Shown here: positions 1 through 9,536 of the stretch, in pieces
How positions within the stretch are numbered: position 1 is the first letter of the stretch
Layout of the letters: each line of letters starts with the position of its first letter
NCBI GenBank assembly: GCA_947085095.1
Contig: CAMTVD010000014.1
Coordinates: 64,001 to 128,000 of the forward strand
DNA: 64,000 bases
DNA from: an uncultured Thermus sp.
GTDB lineage: Bacteria > Deinococcota > Deinococci > Deinococcales > Thermaceae
Direction: 5' to 3'
Notes under the pieces: generated by a model
What the model saw: only the letters and a program-made list of their open reading frames with translations
Databases searched by the model: none
What the model was told of the DNA's origin: nothing
Program-made: the position numbers and the translations under genes

Positions 1-456
1 CTCCCGCACCTTTCCCCCCTCCAGGACCAGGACCGCCAGGGTGCCCTCGGGCAGGGGGGAGAGGTGGGCCTGGAGGACCCTGGGGGTCTTCCTGGGCCGG
101 AGGCGGAGGAGGGCGGGGTAGCCGGAAAGCCCGGCGGCCATCTTCACCACGAAGGCCTCGGGCTCCCGGGCCCCCACCAGGGCCCTTTGCAGGCTCCTTT
201 GGGTGGCCTCGGGGAGGGGGGTGGGGGGGAGGAGGGAGAGGGCGTACTGGCGGTAGGCCTGGCGGGTGGGCACCCTACCGGCGGAGGCGTGGGGCTTGCT
301 GAGGTAGCCCATCTCCTCGAGGGCGATGAGCTCGTACCGGGCCAGGGCGGGGCTAAGGCCCAGGGCCTCGGCGAGCCTGGCCGAGGGCACCGGGGCCTTG
401 GTCCTTATGTACACCTCCACCAGGTGGTGGAGAATCCGCCGCTGCCTGGCCGTCAC
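1..456 (-). CDS. hrcA: Heat-inducible transcription repressor HrcA (5' part, runs off the window)
   Basis: Not in the ORF track. Manual translation from GTG456 gives MTARQRRILHHLVEVYIRTKAPVPSARLAE...LEEMGYLSKPHASAGRVPT, the HrcA N-terminal wHTH signature. TACAAT lies 6 nt upstream. Confidence 0.9.
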   Translation of the reverse strand, partial: MTARQRRILHHLVEVYIRTKAPVPSARLAEALGLSPALARYELIALEEMGYLSKPHASAGRVPTRQAYRQYALSLLPPTPLPEATQRSLQRALVGAREPEAFVVKMAAGLSGYPALLRLRPRKTPRVLQAHLSPLPEGTLAVLVLEGGKVRE

Positions 457-460
457 ACCC

Positions 461-811
461 CTATTGTACCGGGGTCACGGCCGCCTCGTCCTCCTCCCCG
501 GTACGGATGCGGTAGACCTTCTCCACGGGGATGACGAAGACCTTCCCGTCCCCCACCTCCCCGGTGCGGGCCGCCTCTAGGATGGCCTCCACCGTGGGCT
601 TGACGAAGGGCTCGGAGACCCCGATCTCCAGGCGCACCTTCTCGTGGAGCTCCATCTTCACCGTGGTGCCCCGGTAGGTCTCCACCTTTGCCGTCTCCCC
701 ACCGTGCCCCTGGACCCGGCTTAGGGTGAGCCCGCGCACCTCCGCCTTGAAAAGGGCCTCCAGCACCTCGTTGAGCTTTTCCGGACGGATGATGGCCACC
801 ACCAGTTTCAT
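461..811 (-). CDS. glnK: P-II nitrogen regulator (GlnK/GlnB)
   Basis: AIIRPEKL, T-loop ETYRG and GEVGDGKVFVIPVE motifs; directly downstream of amtB. Confidence 0.95.
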   Translation of the reverse strand: MKLVVAIIRPEKLNEVLEALFKAEVRGLTLSRVQGHGGETAKVETYRGTTVKMELHEKVRLEIGVSEPFVKPTVEAILEAARTGEVGDGKVFVIPVEKVYRIRTGEEDEAAVTPVQ

Positions 812-2145
812 GCTTTACCTCCCGCAGGCTTGGGGGTGGAGGGCAGGCCTTCCGAGAGCACCAGGATGGCCCCTTCCCCGCTGGCGTAAGCCTCTTCGCC
901 GTGCTGGGCCACGTCCAGCCCCACACCCTCCTCCTTGGGGGCTGCCCGCAAGGGGGTGAGAAGCCCCACCAGCTTGAGGAGGAGGAAGGTGCCCAGGGCG
1001 GAGTAGAGGATGGCCGCGCCCACCGCCACCGCCTGGACGAAGAGCTGCCCCGGGTTGCCGAAGAGGAGGCCGTCCGCCTCCCCGTTCCAGGCCTTTTCCG
1101 CCAGGAGGCCGGTGAGGAGGGCCCCGGTGATCCCCGCCAGGCCGTGGGCCCCGAAGACGTCCAGGGAGTCGTCCAGCCGGGTCCTGGGGCGGTAGAGGAG
1201 GAAGAAGTAGCTGGGGAAGGCGCTGAGGCCGCCCAGAACCAAGGCCGCAAGCGGGGAGACAAAGCCCGCGGCCGGGGTGATGGCCACCAGGCCTACGATG
1301 ATGGCCGTGGCCGCACCCACCGCCGTGGCCTTGCCGGTGCGCAGGAGGTCCAGGAGGACCCAGACCACCATGGTGGCCACCGGGGCCAGGAGGGTGTTGA
1401 CGAAGGCCAAGGCGGCGATCTCATTGGCGGCCAGGGCGCTCCCCCCGTTGAAGCCAAACCAGCCGAACCAGAGGAGGGCGGCCCCCAGCAGGGTGAAGGG
1501 GACGTTGTGGGGCAGGATGGCCTGGCGGCCGTAGTCCTTCCTGGGGCCCAGGACCAGGGCCGCCACCAGAGCGGCGATGCCGGCGTTGATGTGGACCACT
1601 GTGCCGCCCGCGAAATCCAAGGCCCCCAGCTGGCCCAAGAACCCCCCGCCCCAGACCCAGTGGGCGATGGGGGCGTAGACCAAAAGCCCCCAAAGGGTGA
1701 GGAAGGCCAGGTAGGCGGGGAAGCGCATCCGCTCCGCGATGGCCCCCGAGATCAGGGCGGCGGTGAGAATGGCGAAGGTGCCCTGGAAGGCCATGAAGAG
1801 CAGGTGGGGGATGCTCCCCTTGGCCTCGAGGCCCACGCCCAAAAGCAGGGCGTGGCCCAGCCCCCCCAGCCAGGCGCTCCCCTCGGCGAAGGCCAGGCTG
1901 TACCCCAGAAGGGCCCAGCCCACCCCCACGAAGGCCAGGGCGGAGAAGCTCATCATCATGGCGTTCAAGGCGTTCTTGCCCCGCACCAGCCCCCCGTAGA
2001 AGAAGGCCAGGGCGGGGGTCATGAGGAAGACGAGGGCGGTGGAGACCAGGATCCAAGCGGTATCTGCCCCGTTTATCCCTTCCGCCAAAGCCATACCGGA
2101 GAGTCCTACTGCCGCTATGCCGTTTAGGGTTTTCCGCTGCCGCAT
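808..2145 (-). CDS. amtB: Ammonium transporter AmtB
   Basis: DFAGGTVVH, WFGWFGFNGGS and DDSLDVFGAHG motifs. Start taken at ATG2145 after a purine-rich RBS. Confidence 0.95.
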   Translation of the reverse strand: MRQRKTLNGIAAVGLSGMALAEGINGADTAWILVSTALVFLMTPALAFFYGGLVRGKNALNAMMMSFSALAFVGVGWALLGYSLAFAEGSAWLGGLGHALLLGVGLEAKGSIPHLLFMAFQGTFAILTAALISGAIAERMRFPAYLAFLTLWGLLVYAPIAHWVWGGGFLGQLGALDFAGGTVVHINAGIAALVAALVLGPRKDYGRQAILPHNVPFTLLGAALLWFGWFGFNGGSALAANEIAALAFVNTLLAPVATMVVWVLLDLLRTGKATAVGAATAIIVGLVAITPAAGFVSPLAALVLGGLSAFPSYFFLLYRPRTRLDDSLDVFGAHGLAGITGALLTGLLAEKAWNGEADGLLFGNPGQLFVQAVAVGAAILYSALGTFLLLKLVGLLTPLRAAPKEEGVGLDVAQHGEEAYASGEGAILVLSEGLPSTPKPAGGKA

Positions 2146-2164
2146 AACCACCCCCTTGGGGGAT

Positions 2165-2194
2165 AGGGTAGGGCAGGGGTGTGTAAAATGTCAA
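2165..2194 (-). promoter_or_regulatory. Putative sigma70 promoter for amtB-glnK
   Basis: Minus strand reads TTGACA-18 nt-TACCCT within an AT-rich intergenic region. Confidence 0.6.
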
Positions 2195-2361
2195 GTATAA
2201 AATCGCCACTAGGCGAATACTATGCTTACATATAGCTCATAAAGTGGCGTTTTATCTACATGGCGTCAAGCAAAACATTGACATATGACCACCTATATCG
2301 GAACAACACGTTGCCAGATTGGGAGGTCCTGAGGCCTCCGGGTTTCCGTAAACTGGAGGCC

Positions 2362-3900
2362 GTGACGTGGGAGGAGCTGAAGGAACGCTTGGCCCGGGGC
2401 CAGGATGAGCGCACCCTCTTCCTGCCCCCAGACCTTTCCCCCGAGGAACTGGCCCGCCACGCCGCGGGCCTGGCCAACCACCAGGGGGGGACCCTCTTCC
2501 TGGGGGTGAGCCGGGAGGGGAGGGTGCTGGGGGCCTCGGAGATTCATCCCCTGCAGATCACCCACGCCCTCTTCGGGCTCACCCAGGGCCTCCTCCTGCC
2601 CTACGTGGAGGTGGTGGAGGGGCCGGAGGGGCGGGTCATCGCCCTGCACGTGCCCCAAAGCCCGGCGGCCATCGCCGTGGGGGCGGGCCGGGTGCCCTTT
2701 TGGGACGGGAGGCGCCTCACGGAGCTCAAGATGGGCCAGCCCCTGCCCGAGCCCGACTTCACCGCCCAGGTCCTCCCCCCTGCCAGCCTCTCTGACCTGG
2801 ACCCGCTGGAGGTGCTGAGGCTGAGGCGCATTTTGGAGGAACGGGGAAGCAACCTGGCAGCCCTGCCCGACCTGGAACTCCTCTTCGCCCTGGGTCTTCT
2901 GGAGCGGCTGGGCGGGGAGGAGCGGCCCACGGTGGCCGGGCTTCTCCTGGCGGGAACCCCCCTTGCCCTGCGCCGCCTTTTGCCCCAGGCGGAGGTGAGC
3001 TACTACTACCACGAGGGCGAGGAGGGGTACCGCTTCCGCGAGGACATCCTGAGGCCCATCCCCGCCCTCTTGGAGAGGCTTCGGGACCTGATCCAGGCCC
3101 GGAACCGGGTGCGCTACCTCACCGTGGGGCTATTCCGCCTCGAGGTCTGGGACTACGACCAGGAGGTCTACCGGGAGGCCCTCCTGAACGCCCTGGTCCA
3201 CCGGGACTGGCAGAGCCAGGACGCCATCCAGGTGCACCACTACCGGGACCGCCTGGAGGTATCCAACCCTGGGGGCTTCCCTCCGGGCATCACCCCGGAG
3301 AACGTCCTCCGCCACCCCCCTAAGAGGCGGAACCCCCGGCTGGCCGAGGCCCTCTACCGCCTGGGCTACGTGGAGCGGGCGGGGAGCGGGGTGGACAAGA
3401 TGTACCGCCTCCTCCTCAAGCACGGCAAGGAGCCCCCGGAGTACCGCCTCTACCCCGAGGCCCTCACCCTGGTCCTCTACAACCCCGAGCTGGACGAGGC
3501 CTTCGTGCGGGACTTGGCCGAGGCCCAGGAGCGCTTCGGGGCTTTCAGCCTGGACCACCTCATCGCCGTGGCCCACCTGCGACGGGTGGGGGAGGCGGGC
3601 CTGGGGGAGCTCTCCCGGGTCCTCCAGCTCCCCGAGGAGGCCAGCAAAAGGGTGCTCTCCCGCATGGAGCGCATGGGGCTCCTGCGCCGGGAACGGGGGG
3701 TGTACCGCCTGGTGGGGCGGGACCCTCTGGGGGACAAACTTCTTGCCCATCTGGACCGCCCCCTTTCCCGGCGGGAGGTGGAGGCGCTTTTGGGGGTTTC
3801 CTCCAGGTCGGCCTTGGCCCTCCTGAAGCGCTTGCGCCTCGAGGGCCGCCTGGAGCGGGTGGGCCGGGGCTCGGCCACCCGCTACCGCAGGCGGGGGTGA
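2362..3900 (+). CDS. AlbA_2 (Schlafen-like) / HATPase_c_4 / wHTH ATP-binding protein
   Basis: N-terminal GLANHQGGTLFLGV; central REALLNALVHRD, SNPGG, RRNPRLAEALYRLGYVERAGSG; C-terminal GRGSATRY. Start moved to GTG2362, 7 nt after TAAACT. Confidence 0.8.
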   Translation: MTWEELKERLARGQDERTLFLPPDLSPEELARHAAGLANHQGGTLFLGVSREGRVLGASEIHPLQITHALFGLTQGLLLPYVEVVEGPEGRVIALHVPQSPAAIAVGAGRVPFWDGRRLTELKMGQPLPEPDFTAQVLPPASLSDLDPLEVLRLRRILEERGSNLAALPDLELLFALGLLERLGGEERPTVAGLLLAGTPLALRRLLPQAEVSYYYHEGEEGYRFREDILRPIPALLERLRDLIQARNRVRYLTVGLFRLEVWDYDQEVYREALLNALVHRDWQSQDAIQVHHYRDRLEVSNPGGFPPGITPENVLRHPPKRRNPRLAEALYRLGYVERAGSGVDKMYRLLLKHGKEPPEYRLYPEALTLVLYNPELDEAFVRDLAEAQERFGAFSLDHLIAVAHLRRVGEAGLGELSRVLQLPEEASKRVLSRMERMGLLRRERGVYRLVGRDPLGDKLLAHLDRPLSRREVEALLGVSSRSALALLKRLRLEGRLERVGRGSATRYRRRG

Positions 3901-3903
3901 GGG

Positions 3904-4383
3904 GTGGTCCACCTGGCCCTCTACCAGCCGGAGATCCCCCAGAACGCGGGCAACATCGCCCGCACCGCCGCCGCCCTTGGCTACCCCTTGCACCTCATCC
4001 GCCCCCTGGGCTTCCGCCTTTCTCACCCCAGGTTGAAGCGGGCGGGCCTGGACTACTGGCCCCACGTGGACCTGAGGATTCACGACACCTGGGAGGCTTT
4101 CCTGGCGGGGCTTCCCCCGGGGGTACGGGTCTTGGCCTTCAGCGCCAGGGGAGAGAGGAGCCTCTACGACTTCCGCTTCCAGGAGGGGGACTACCTCCTC
4201 TTCGGTCCCGAGACCCGGGGGCTTCCCCCAGAAATCCTCGCCCGCTTCCCCAGCCTCCACATCCCCATGCCCGGGCCCGTGCGCTCCCTAAACCTGGCGG
4301 TGGCCGTGGGGGTGGCCGCCTACGAGGCTTACCGCCAGCTCGGGGCAAGGCCAAGTCTCCCTTTCGGGAACGGGGCATCATAG
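3904..4383 (+). CDS. trmL: tRNA (cytidine/uridine-34-2'-O)-methyltransferase
   Basis: PEIPQNAGNIAR, RAGLDYW, FGPETRGLP and RSLNLA SPOUT motifs. Confidence 0.9.
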   Translation: MVHLALYQPEIPQNAGNIARTAAALGYPLHLIRPLGFRLSHPRLKRAGLDYWPHVDLRIHDTWEAFLAGLPPGVRVLAFSARGERSLYDFRFQEGDYLLFGPETRGLPPEILARFPSLHIPMPGPVRSLNLAVAVGVAAYEAYRQLGARPSLPFGNGAS

Positions 4384-4387
4384 AAGG

Positions 4388-5269
4388 GTGCGGGCCTACT
4401 CCACCGCCCACCTGGTCTTGGACCTGCCCCCGGGCCACCCCTTCCCCCTCTACAAGTACCAGGGGGTGGCGGAGGCCCTGAAGGGGCTTCTCCCCGTCCT
4501 CCCGGCTCCCGAGGTGCCCAAGGAGGCCCTATTTTTGGCCCACGACGCCCGCTACCTGGAAAGGCTCTTCCGCGAAGGGCTTTCCCGGCAGGAGTCCCTG
4601 AGGCTGGGCCTCCCCTATAGCCCAAGCCTTCTCCGGCGGGCCCTGCATGCGGCGGGGGGGACCCTTTTGGCGGCGGCGGACGCCCTGAGGACGGGCCTGG
4701 GCCTCAACCTGGCCGGGGGGACCCACCACGCCTTCCCTGACCGGGCCGAGGGGTACAGCCTCTTCAACGACGTGGCCGTGGCCGTGGCCTGGCTTAGGAA
4801 GGGAGGGTTTTCCGGAAGGGTCCTGGTGGTGGACCTGGACGCCCACCAGGGGAACGGCACCGCCGTCTTTTTCCAGAACGACCCCACGGTCTACACCCTT
4901 TCCCTCCACGGGGAGCGCAACTATCCCCTGAAGAAGGAAAGGAGCGACCTGGACGTGGGCCTGCCCGATGGGGTGGGGGACGAGGCCTACCTGAGGGCCT
5001 TAGATATGGCCCTGGAGAAGGCCTGGGACTTCCGCCCCACCTTGGTCTTCTACAACGCCGGGGTGGACGTGCTGAAGGGGGACCGCTTTGGGAGGCTGGC
5101 CCTTTCCCTCGAGGGGGTGAGGCGGCGGGACGGGAGGGTCTTCCGTTTCGCCAAGGCCCTGGGGACGCCCCTGGTGGTGGTCATGGGCGGGGGGTACAAC
5201 CGCGACCCCCGCCTCACCGTGGAGGCCCACGCCGCCACCTACCGCCTGGCCCTGAGCTCCTTGGCGTAG
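4388..5269 (+). CDS. Histone deacetylase family protein
   Basis: GGTHHA, DLDAHQGNGT and GGGY motifs. Confidence 0.9.
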   Translation: MRAYSTAHLVLDLPPGHPFPLYKYQGVAEALKGLLPVLPAPEVPKEALFLAHDARYLERLFREGLSRQESLRLGLPYSPSLLRRALHAAGGTLLAAADALRTGLGLNLAGGTHHAFPDRAEGYSLFNDVAVAVAWLRKGGFSGRVLVVDLDAHQGNGTAVFFQNDPTVYTLSLHGERNYPLKKERSDLDVGLPDGVGDEAYLRALDMALEKAWDFRPTLVFYNAGVDVLKGDRFGRLALSLEGVRRRDGRVFRFAKALGTPLVVVMGGGYNRDPRLTVEAHAATYRLALSSLA

Positions 5270-6093
5270 GTGGCCACCGCCTCCTCCAGGCTGAAGCCCA
5301 GGCTCCGGTAAAGCTCCAGGGCCCCGGTCTCGTGGTCGTGGGCCCGGACCCGGAGGAGCTTGGCCCCTTTCTTCTCCGCGAGCCTGGCCGCCTCGGCCAG
5401 GAGGGCCCGGCCGATGCCCTGGCCCCGGGCCTTGGGAACGACCCCGATGTAGGCCACGCTGGCCTCCCCTTCCTCCAGCTCCACCTCGGCCATGCCCACG
5501 GGCTCCTCCCCCTGGTAGGCCACCAGGAGGTGGACGCTGGGGTGGGCGAAGTGCTCCTCCAGCTCCTCATCCGTCCAGCGGAGCCTGAGGGCCCAAGCCT
5601 CCTCGCTTTCCCGGTAGAGTTCCCGGTAGACCTGGGCCCCGGGGAAGCCCTTCTGGATGAGGATCCCCTTAGGGGGAGGGTAGTCCAACCCCTCTGGGTC
5701 TTTTACGAAGAAGTAGGTGGTGTGGAGGAGGCCGTAACCTCCTTCCTCCAGGACCTGACGCAGGAGGCGGTTCTCCTCCCGGGGAAAGGCGTAAAGCCTT
5801 TCCACGCCAAGCTCCCTGGCCCGGGCCTCGGCGGCCTTGAGGAGGGCGGGGAGGTCCTCCTTCTGGTAGGCCAAGGGCCCCTCCAGGGCCGCCCCATCCC
5901 AGAAGGGGTAGAGGCCCACGTACCCCTCCACCTCTCCTTCCCGCTCCAGCACCAGGCCGTCCTCCAGCTCCTCGGCCAGGCCCTCGAGGTCCCGGGCCTC
6001 CGGGGCCAGGACCCCCCGCTCGGGGCTTGCGTCCATGTGGCGGAGGAGCTTGAGGAGCCCCGGAAGGTCTTTCCTGGCCACGGGCCGAATCAT
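5239..6093 (-). CDS. Tandem GNAT N-acetyltransferase
   Basis: VPKARGQGIGRALL acetyl-CoA motif and ALELYRSLGF; length fits two domains. Confidence 0.85.
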   Translation of the reverse strand: MIRPVARKDLPGLLKLLRHMDASPERGVLAPEARDLEGLAEELEDGLVLEREGEVEGYVGLYPFWDGAALEGPLAYQKEDLPALLKAAEARARELGVERLYAFPREENRLLRQVLEEGGYGLLHTTYFFVKDPEGLDYPPPKGILIQKGFPGAQVYRELYRESEEAWALRLRWTDEELEEHFAHPSVHLLVAYQGEEPVGMAEVELEEGEASVAYIGVVPKARGQGIGRALLAEAARLAEKKGAKLLRVRAHDHETGALELYRSLGFSLEEAVATYAKELRARR

Positions 6094-6102
6094 GCCCTCA
6101 GT

Positions 6103-6753
6103 TTACCCCCCTAGCCAGGGACAGGTGTCCAGGTTCAGGGCCTTGACCACCCCCTCCTTCCCGTAAAAGTCCACCACGGAAAGCCGGGCGTAGTCCTGCT
6201 CCAGCCTCAGGCCTTCCTCTTTGGGCAGGGGGAGGGCCAGGCTCAGGGCGGCCCGGTTCACCGTGCAGTTGCCGATGACGAGAAAGGCCTGGCCCTGGTG
6301 CCTCTCCAAGAGCCTCCGTACCGCCTCCTTTCCCCTTTCCCAGGCCTCCTTTAGGCTCTCCCCCCCGGGCGGGGCGAAGCCCGCCTCGTCCTGAAGCCAG
6401 GCCGCCACCCTTTCGGGGAAGAGGGCCTCCACCTGGGCGAAGCTTTTCCCCTCCCAGGCTCCCCAGCTCCGCTCCCTGAGCTCGGGCAGAAGGGTGTGGG
6501 GCACGCCCAGGGCCTCGGCGAGGAGCCCCGCCGCCTCCCTTTCCGCCAGGCTGTCCGCTGCGTAGACCCAGGCCACGGGGTAGCGCCTTAGGAGGGGAAG
6601 GAGGCGCAGTAGAGCCTCTTTCCCTTCCCGGGCCAAGGGCAGGCCGGGGTGGCTGTAGAGGAGGTGGTGGGGGTTTTCCACCGGTCCCGCCCGGGTGAGG
6701 AGGAGGGTGGTCTTGGGGTGGGGTCCTTGGAGGAAGTGCGCGAGGAGGCCCAT
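6103..6753 (-). CDS. Histidine phosphatase family protein (catalytic His apparently lost)
   Basis: ELRERSWGAWEG, PGGES and LN motifs present; the RHG motif reads RAG. Confidence 0.75.
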   Translation of the reverse strand: MGLLAHFLQGPHPKTTLLLTRAGPVENPHHLLYSHPGLPLAREGKEALLRLLPLLRRYPVAWVYAADSLAEREAAGLLAEALGVPHTLLPELRERSWGAWEGKSFAQVEALFPERVAAWLQDEAGFAPPGGESLKEAWERGKEAVRRLLERHQGQAFLVIGNCTVNRAALSLALPLPKEEGLRLEQDYARLSVVDFYGKEGVVKALNLDTCPWLGG

Positions 6754-6770
6754 ACCCCTAGAATAGGGGG

Positions 6771-7688
6771 GTGGAAAGATGGGTCATCGTCAACCCCGCG
6801 GCGGGCCGGGGCAAGGTGGGCAGGCTCTCCGGGGCCATCCTGCAGGCGGCCCGGGAAAGGGGGGCAAGAGCCTTCCTCACCGAAGGCCCAGGCCACGCCA
6901 CGGAACTGGCCCGCCTGGCTCCCGAGGGGGCCCGGGTGGTGGCCGTGGGAGGGGACGGCACGGTGCACGAGGTCCTAAAGGGGCTTGCCGGGACGGGGAA
7001 GGTCCTGGGGGTGGTGCCCATCGGCAGCGGCAACGACTTCGCCCGCATGCTGGGGCTAAGGGGTCTTCCCTGGCGGGAGGCTCTGGAGCACGCCCTCTTG
7101 GCCCCTGAGGAGGCCATAGATCTGGGTCTGGTGAACGAGGAGGCCTTCGGGGCCTCCCTGGGGATCGGGTTTGACGCCCTGGTGGCCAAAAAGGCCTTTT
7201 CCGCTCCCCCCTTCCTCCGGGGGATGCCCCGCTACCTCTACGCCCTCTTCGGCGTCCTCAAGGACCTGCGCCTGCCCCAAGGCCGGGTTCTCCTGGACAG
7301 GAAGGAGGTCCACCGAGGAAAGATGCTCCTCCTCGCCGCCATGAACGGGCCCGCCTACGGCGGGGGCATCCCCATCGCCCCCATGGCCGACCCCAGGGAC
7401 GGCCTCCTCTCCCTGGTCCTGGCCCGGGAACTTTCCCGCCTGGGGGTGGTCCTCATCCTGCCCCGGCTCCTTTTGGGCAGGCACCTGGGCCACCCCCAGG
7501 TCCTGGCCCTGGCTGGGCGGGAGGTGGTGGTGGAGTTCGCCCACCCGGTGCCCGCCCATGCGGACGGGGAGCTATTGCCGGAGTCCGCCATCTATCGGGC
7601 GGAGGTGCGGCCCCTGGGGCTTAGGGTGGTGGGAAGGCGGGCCCTGGCCAGGGAGGAAAGGCCCGCCGCAAAGCCCGCGCCCGCCTAA
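6771..7688 (+). CDS. Diacylglycerol kinase (YegS/DAGK) family lipid kinase
   Basis: IVNPAAG, GGDGT, PIGSGNDFAR and ADGE motifs. Confidence 0.9.
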   Translation: MERWVIVNPAAGRGKVGRLSGAILQAARERGARAFLTEGPGHATELARLAPEGARVVAVGGDGTVHEVLKGLAGTGKVLGVVPIGSGNDFARMLGLRGLPWREALEHALLAPEEAIDLGLVNEEAFGASLGIGFDALVAKKAFSAPPFLRGMPRYLYALFGVLKDLRLPQGRVLLDRKEVHRGKMLLLAAMNGPAYGGGIPIAPMADPRDGLLSLVLARELSRLGVVLILPRLLLGRHLGHPQVLALAGREVVVEFAHPVPAHADGELLPESAIYRAEVRPLGLRVVGRRALAREERPAAKPAPA

Positions 7689-7700
7689 GGGGCCGGGGGA

Positions 7701-8447
7701 TCACGGCCTCGTGGGGAGGGGTAGGTCTTGGGCGCCACCCTCCCGCAACAGGACCAGGTGGTCCTTGAGCCTCACCTCCCCCAGGCCGTGCTTGGCCACC
7801 AGGGCCTCGAGGTCCCGCCTGCGCTCCTCCAGGTTGGCCCCGTAACTCTGGTTCTCCCCGTGGACCCGCACCCCCACGTTGGGCCCGGGGAGGTAATGGA
7901 AGGAAAGCCCCACCCGGTAGGCCCTGAGCCACAGGTCCCAGTCCCAGTAATGCCCCATGCCGGGGTCCAGCCCTCCCAGGTCGGCCAGGGCCTTCCGGGG
8001 GAGGGCTGTGCCCGAGGCCAGGAGGCGGTTGTCCCTGAAAAGCCAGGGCCCCACGGGGCCCGGCTCGTAGGGGATGGCCTCCTCGGGGGTAAAGAAGAGG
8101 CCCCCGGAGTAGGCCACGCCCCCTTTCCCCTTGAGGGCCCGGGCCACCCGGTAGAGGTAGGCGGGGTCCAGGAGGAGGTCGTCGTCGTCCAAAAAGAGGA
8201 CGAGATCCCCCTGGGCCACCTCCAGAGCCCGTAGCCTGGCCGCCACCTGCCCCCTTCCCCCGGACCAGACCCCCTTGAGGCGGGGATCTCCCAGGGCTTC
8301 CACCACCCCAAGACCCTCCCCCTCCCCGTCCTCGGCCACCACCGCCTCAAACCCCGGGTAGGTCTGGCGGAGGAGGCTTAGGAGGGCTGCCCTGAGAAAG
8401 AGGGGACGGCCTCGGGTGGGGAGGATCACGCTAACGGTGGGCCACAT
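7701..8447 (-). CDS. Glycosyltransferase family 2
   Basis: VSVILPT, EDG, FLDDDD and DWDLWLR motifs. Confidence 0.85.
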   Translation of the reverse strand: MWPTVSVILPTRGRPLFLRAALLSLLRQTYPGFEAVVAEDGEGEGLGVVEALGDPRLKGVWSGGRGQVAARLRALEVAQGDLVLFLDDDDLLLDPAYLYRVARALKGKGGVAYSGGLFFTPEEAIPYEPGPVGPWLFRDNRLLASGTALPRKALADLGGLDPGMGHYWDWDLWLRAYRVGLSFHYLPGPNVGVRVHGENQSYGANLEERRRDLEALVAKHGLGEVRLKDHLVLLREGGAQDLPLPTRP

Positions 8448-9165
8448 CCCGGTAGCTGGGGGAAAGCCGGCCCTCGTCCGTGAGGTCCAGGCGCAGGGGG
8501 GTGAGGCTCACGAAGCCCCGCTCCACCGCCCAGCGGTCCGTGCCCTCCTCGGCGCCGGTGAGGGGCCTGGCGGCGAACCAGTAGACCTTCCGCCCCATGG
8601 GGTCCTCCTCGGGGACCACCAGCCCCTCGTAGTGGCGGACGGACTGCCGGGTCCAGAGCATCCCCTTGGGGCTTAGGGGGAGGTTCACGTTGACCAGGAA
8701 GGGGGCCTCGAGGCTGAGGAGGACCTCCAGCACATCCTCAATCCAGGGGATCAGGGCTGGGAAGTCGGGCTCCGCCCCGTTCATGGGCACGCTGAAGGCG
8801 GCGGCGGAGGTCCCCAGGAGGAAGCCCTGCTTGGCGGCGGCCACCGTCCCCGAGTGCCAGATCTCGTTCCCCAGGTTGCTTCCCAGGTTGACCCCCGAGA
8901 GGACCAGGTCCACGGGGCCCAGGAGGTGGAGGCCCAGGGCCACGCAGTCCGCCGGGGTGCCCCGCACCCGGTAGGCGGGAAAGGGGGCGGGGTGGGGGTG
9001 GGCCCTTAGGGGATGGGCGATGGAGATGGCGTGCCCGGCCCCGCTCTGCTCCGCGTCGGGGGCGCTCACCACCACCTCGCCGAAGCGGCTCGCCGCCTCC
9101 GCCAGGGCCCAAAGGCCCGGGCTGTAGATGCCGTCGTCGTTGCTGACCAGGATTCTTAGCCCCAT
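8431..9165 (-). CDS. surE: 5'/3'-nucleotidase SurE
   Basis: NDDG, GTPADCV, SGVNLG and SGTVAAA motifs. Confidence 0.95.
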   Translation of the reverse strand: MGLRILVSNDDGIYSPGLWALAEAASRFGEVVVSAPDAEQSGAGHAISIAHPLRAHPHPAPFPAYRVRGTPADCVALGLHLLGPVDLVLSGVNLGSNLGNEIWHSGTVAAAKQGFLLGTSAAAFSVPMNGAEPDFPALIPWIEDVLEVLLSLEAPFLVNVNLPLSPKGMLWTRQSVRHYEGLVVPEEDPMGRKVYWFAARPLTGAEEGTDRWAVERGFVSLTPLRLDLTDEGRLSPSYRDVAHR

Positions 9166-9258
9166 ACCCCCAGGCTATGGGGCCTTGGTCAGAGCCCGGT
9201 CAAGAAAGGCCTCCAGCCAGCGGAGGGAGGGGCTGGGGTCCCCCCTCAGCTCCAGGAG

Positions 9259-9483
9259 GTGAGAAACCCCAACCTCACCACCGCCATCCAGCAGCTCGCC
9301 ACCTCCAAGGTGAACACGGTCTCCGCGGGGTGCCTCATGGGAAGCTTCCCGGAGATCCGCCAGTACGTGGCCGCCGCCTGGGAGCAGGTCCTCCAGGGCA
9401 GGCCTGCCAGGGAGGCCCTGGCCGAGGCCAAGGCCCGGGCGGACCAGGCCCTGGCCCGCTACAACGCCAGCGTGGGGCGTTAG
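9259..9483 (+). pseudogene. Orphan C-terminal fragment of a sugar/G3P ABC substrate-binding protein
   Basis: NPNLTTAIQQL...FPEIRQYV...EALAEAKARADQALARYN resembles the C-terminal helices of UgpB-like binding proteins. No signal peptide or N-terminal part is present. Confidence 0.6.
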
Positions 9484-9536
9484 CCCCCTGGGCCTGGGGT
9501 CCCGGGAAGGCCCCCGGGGCCCCGTATACTTAGGCC

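Noticed and set aside
440..500. CIRCE element upstream of hrcA
   Set aside because: No TTAGCACTC-N9-GAGTGCTAA-like inverted repeat was found by eye.
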